Shown: in pieces, positions 61,401 through 64,000 of the stretch
How the letters are laid out: the number at the start of each line of letters is the position of its first letter
How positions within the stretch are numbered: the stretch's first letter is position 1
Assembly: GCA_037447605.1 (NCBI GenBank)
Contig: CM074809.1
Coordinates: 1,044,689-1,108,688, forward strand
Direction: 5' to 3'
Length of the DNA stretch: 64,000 bases
Origin: Zygnema circumcarinatum SAG 698-1b
Lineage: Eukaryota > Plantae > Zygnematophyceae
Position numbers and translations under genes: made by a program
The notes under the pieces: model-generated
The model's database searches: none
What the model saw: the letters and a program-made list of their open reading frames with translations, nothing else
What the model was told of the DNA's origin: nothing

Positions 61401-64000
61401 CGCAGCTTTTCGGCGGTATTCCCAACCCGGAGAAGGAGGTCGAGCTATGGAAGGAACACAGGCAACGCCTAGAGGAAGCTATGACTCCCTTGACAAGCCG
61501 AGCGGTGCAGGATGCATGTCAGGCATGGTTAAAGGTCATCGCAGAGGATATTGGAGGTAACGGTTCCTAGAAGTTCGCTTTCCTTTTCATTCTTAGGAAG
61601 GCATTGCTCCTTGAGCTTCACTTTATAGCGTCATCATTCGTCTTGTCGAACCTAATGTCTTCGTTTTGACCTCGAATTCCTTCCATGTTCGTTGGATTGT
61701 TGTACACAGTTGAAGGGCGAGCCATTCTTGAAAACATTAAGAGTGCCAAGGATTTAGCGAAAATCGAAGTGCAAGTCCGTCAAGCGATGACTCTCCGAGA
61801 GACTTTTGCCGATTCGATGCCATGGCTTACAGCCGCTTTTGGGGCGACTCCGGACTCTCCGTGGGACTGCATATGGGAGCTACTTTTGAAGGAGCCCTTA
61901 GACTTGTGGAATACTTTATTCGATAAAGCATTTACTGAACGAGCTAAGGGTGTCATTGATACTGCCTTCCAAAAACTTAATATTACCAAACAAGTGGAGC
62001 AGTTTTTGTCCAAAACGGAAGCTCCAAAGACAGTTGATCTTGGAGCCTGGGGAGCACTGCCAGAGCTGGAGGGAAGTGGAGGATCAGCGTTGAAAATTGG
62101 ATCAGATGACCAAGATATGGAGAGTGCGAGAAGTGCATACTTCAGTCCGGAGGTAAGACTTGAAACTGTCCATGATCTCCTGGTCACTTCAGTTAGGGTT
62201 GTGGGATGTTTTGGTATTCTTGGAGTTTTTTGGCAAGCTACATAACGATTTCATACATGAACATTCACCACCGCACCTCACCTTACCTCACCCCATCTCA
62301 CCCCAACCCACATTACCTCATTTCTCCCTTTTTTTTACCTCTCGTGTCGCTCTCTTGTCTCCCCGTTTTTGTCTTTGGCACCTGGAGATGCAGGTAACAC
62401 AGCTTCGGGACGAGGTAGACCAAAGGCTTGCTGCCATCCTGACCGATGTGCTTCATATGCTGCAAGGCCCTGCGGGAGCTCTGCGTTCTGCCGAGCTTGC
62501 ACCTTATCTGCAGGATGAGTGTTTCTCCTCCCTCAGAGCTATGGTGGAGGGGCTGGAGAAGCAGCTGGAGAGCCTCCATGTTTGTGCAGAGGATGGTGCA
62601 ACTGCGACTCCTCTTATAGTAGAGAAGGCTCTCCTTATTGGGCGCTTTTGCGCCGCTCTTGGGCAGTATTCGACCTTCTTACCGGTAGTTTTGGGGCCGC
62701 CTTCGAGTTGGGGCCAGTTTGCAGGGGCAACCTCGGCAGGTGCGCATCTGGATAACTCAAAATCGTCCATTCCATTGACAGGTTCTTCATTGCATGGATT
62801 GAACATGGATGGCAAGACATAAAGGTAGAACGGCTGGAAGTGTGAATAGAAAGCTCTTTAACATTGCAATCGTTGCATTAAAGCAACTGCTTTGGTGTTC
62901 ATCCCATTCCCAAGATGGCACAATGCCGGAAACAAACGGGAAGCAGGTGTCCATCCGGAAGGACGTTTTCCCGCATTGCTAAGTGGCTCCAATTGATAAT
63001 GTATAGACAATTGCGCATGAATGATGGGACCTGATCTTGAAAGGAAAGCTTATGTTCTGCCTTTTGTCCAGTAATCTTTCTTAAAATTCATTGTTATGAA
63101 ACAGTGGTAAGCACATTCAATCTTAGCGGTCATGCTGAATTAAGGCGGACTGGGTGGTGGCCAGGGTCAGGGTGGAAAATTTTCTCTGGGCAGGCAGGAA
63201 CTGGGCAAAGGGATACGCTGTCAGATTCAGAACCTCGCAGAACAGTCCTGCGCCGGGCAGGCCCCGAATTTTTGCTCCGGGCAGCTGAGGGAACTGTAAA
63301 GTTGAAGGAAGTTCAGAAAGAACTGAGGAGGGTTAGCATATCAGCCCACCGAGTGTGGGTAGAGTGGGTCAGCACCCAATTGGCGGAAGCCTTTGCTCAA
63401 AACTTGAGAAAGGATGAAACTCTCGCCACAACAGCACCTCTGAAAGGATGGGAGGAAACTTTGCAGAAATCAGTGGTGGAGGAGGGAGAGGTAGAGCTGC
63501 CCATTGCACTCCCTGCAATGCCCTCAAGTTACTGTCTCTCCCTGCTCTTTTCGGGGGCGAGGGAGATTCATCGTGTGGGTTCGCATACACTCGATCGTGC
63601 CGTGCTTCGCCTTTTCGCATGGAAAATTTCCGAGAAGGTACGCTCAAAATGCAAGCGATAGGATCTCCGATATGGTAAATTTCCAGGAAGTAGCCTCGTG
63701 GCGGAAGAGAGGCGAGTTGGGAAGTGGGCAGGTCTTTTCTAAATGTTCAAATGATTCGAATCACGAGAACTGTCACAAAGTCGAGTAGATCAATGGATTG
63801 TTTTTCTCCTTCCAGAATGTTCAATTTGGAGTTCTGATGTTAATGGTGGACTGACGAGATAGCGTAGTGAAACCCTGAACACCCTATCTGTTAGCGATTG
63901 ATCCAAACAGCTACATGCGGTTGCCCTTCTCTCGCTTTTGCTTGACATGTGTTACCATGTTGACCTTCGTCTGATTTGTCCAGGTGCTCGCCACATATGA
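58471..64000 (+). CDS. COG1: Conserved oligomeric Golgi complex subunit 1 (3'-partial)
   Basis: Vps51/COG1 N-terminus [14 protein letters not shown]...[23 protein letters not shown], then [42 protein letters not shown]. Continues past the window end. Confidence 0.93.

Overview
Gene-dense, intron-rich eukaryotic nuclear DNA from the plant lineage. Plant-type proteins, GT-AG introns of about 100-1200 nt and AAACCCTA telo-boxes suggest a streptophyte alga or early-diverging land plant; the species cannot be fixed from sequence alone. By joining exons manually I find 14 protein-coding genes: an unidentified 5'-partial gene (-), MaoC/hot-dog dehydratase (-), 3-methyladenine DNA glycosylase (+), an uncharacterised protein (-), mitochondrial Lon protease (+), a mitochondrial carrier (-), an alpha/beta hydrolase with a helical-repeat insert (+), a catalytically degenerate family-I pyrophosphatase with a long tail (-), TenA-HAD thiamine phosphatase TH2 (+), a secreted type-1 copper protein fused to a 10-Cys module (+), a divergent ubiquitin-activating E1 (-), eIF2-beta (-), GET4 (-) and COG1 (+, 3'-partial). 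Non-coding structure includes two related CCAATGG tandem arrays, GTAC clusters, a G-box cluster, a 157-bp MITE, a hairpin and microsatellites. No rRNA, tRNA or CRISPR array was seen. The strongest leads are the secreted cupredoxin/Cys-rich fusion, the PPase pseudoenzyme and the non-canonical E1. All gene models are manual and unverified by RNA data or database search.
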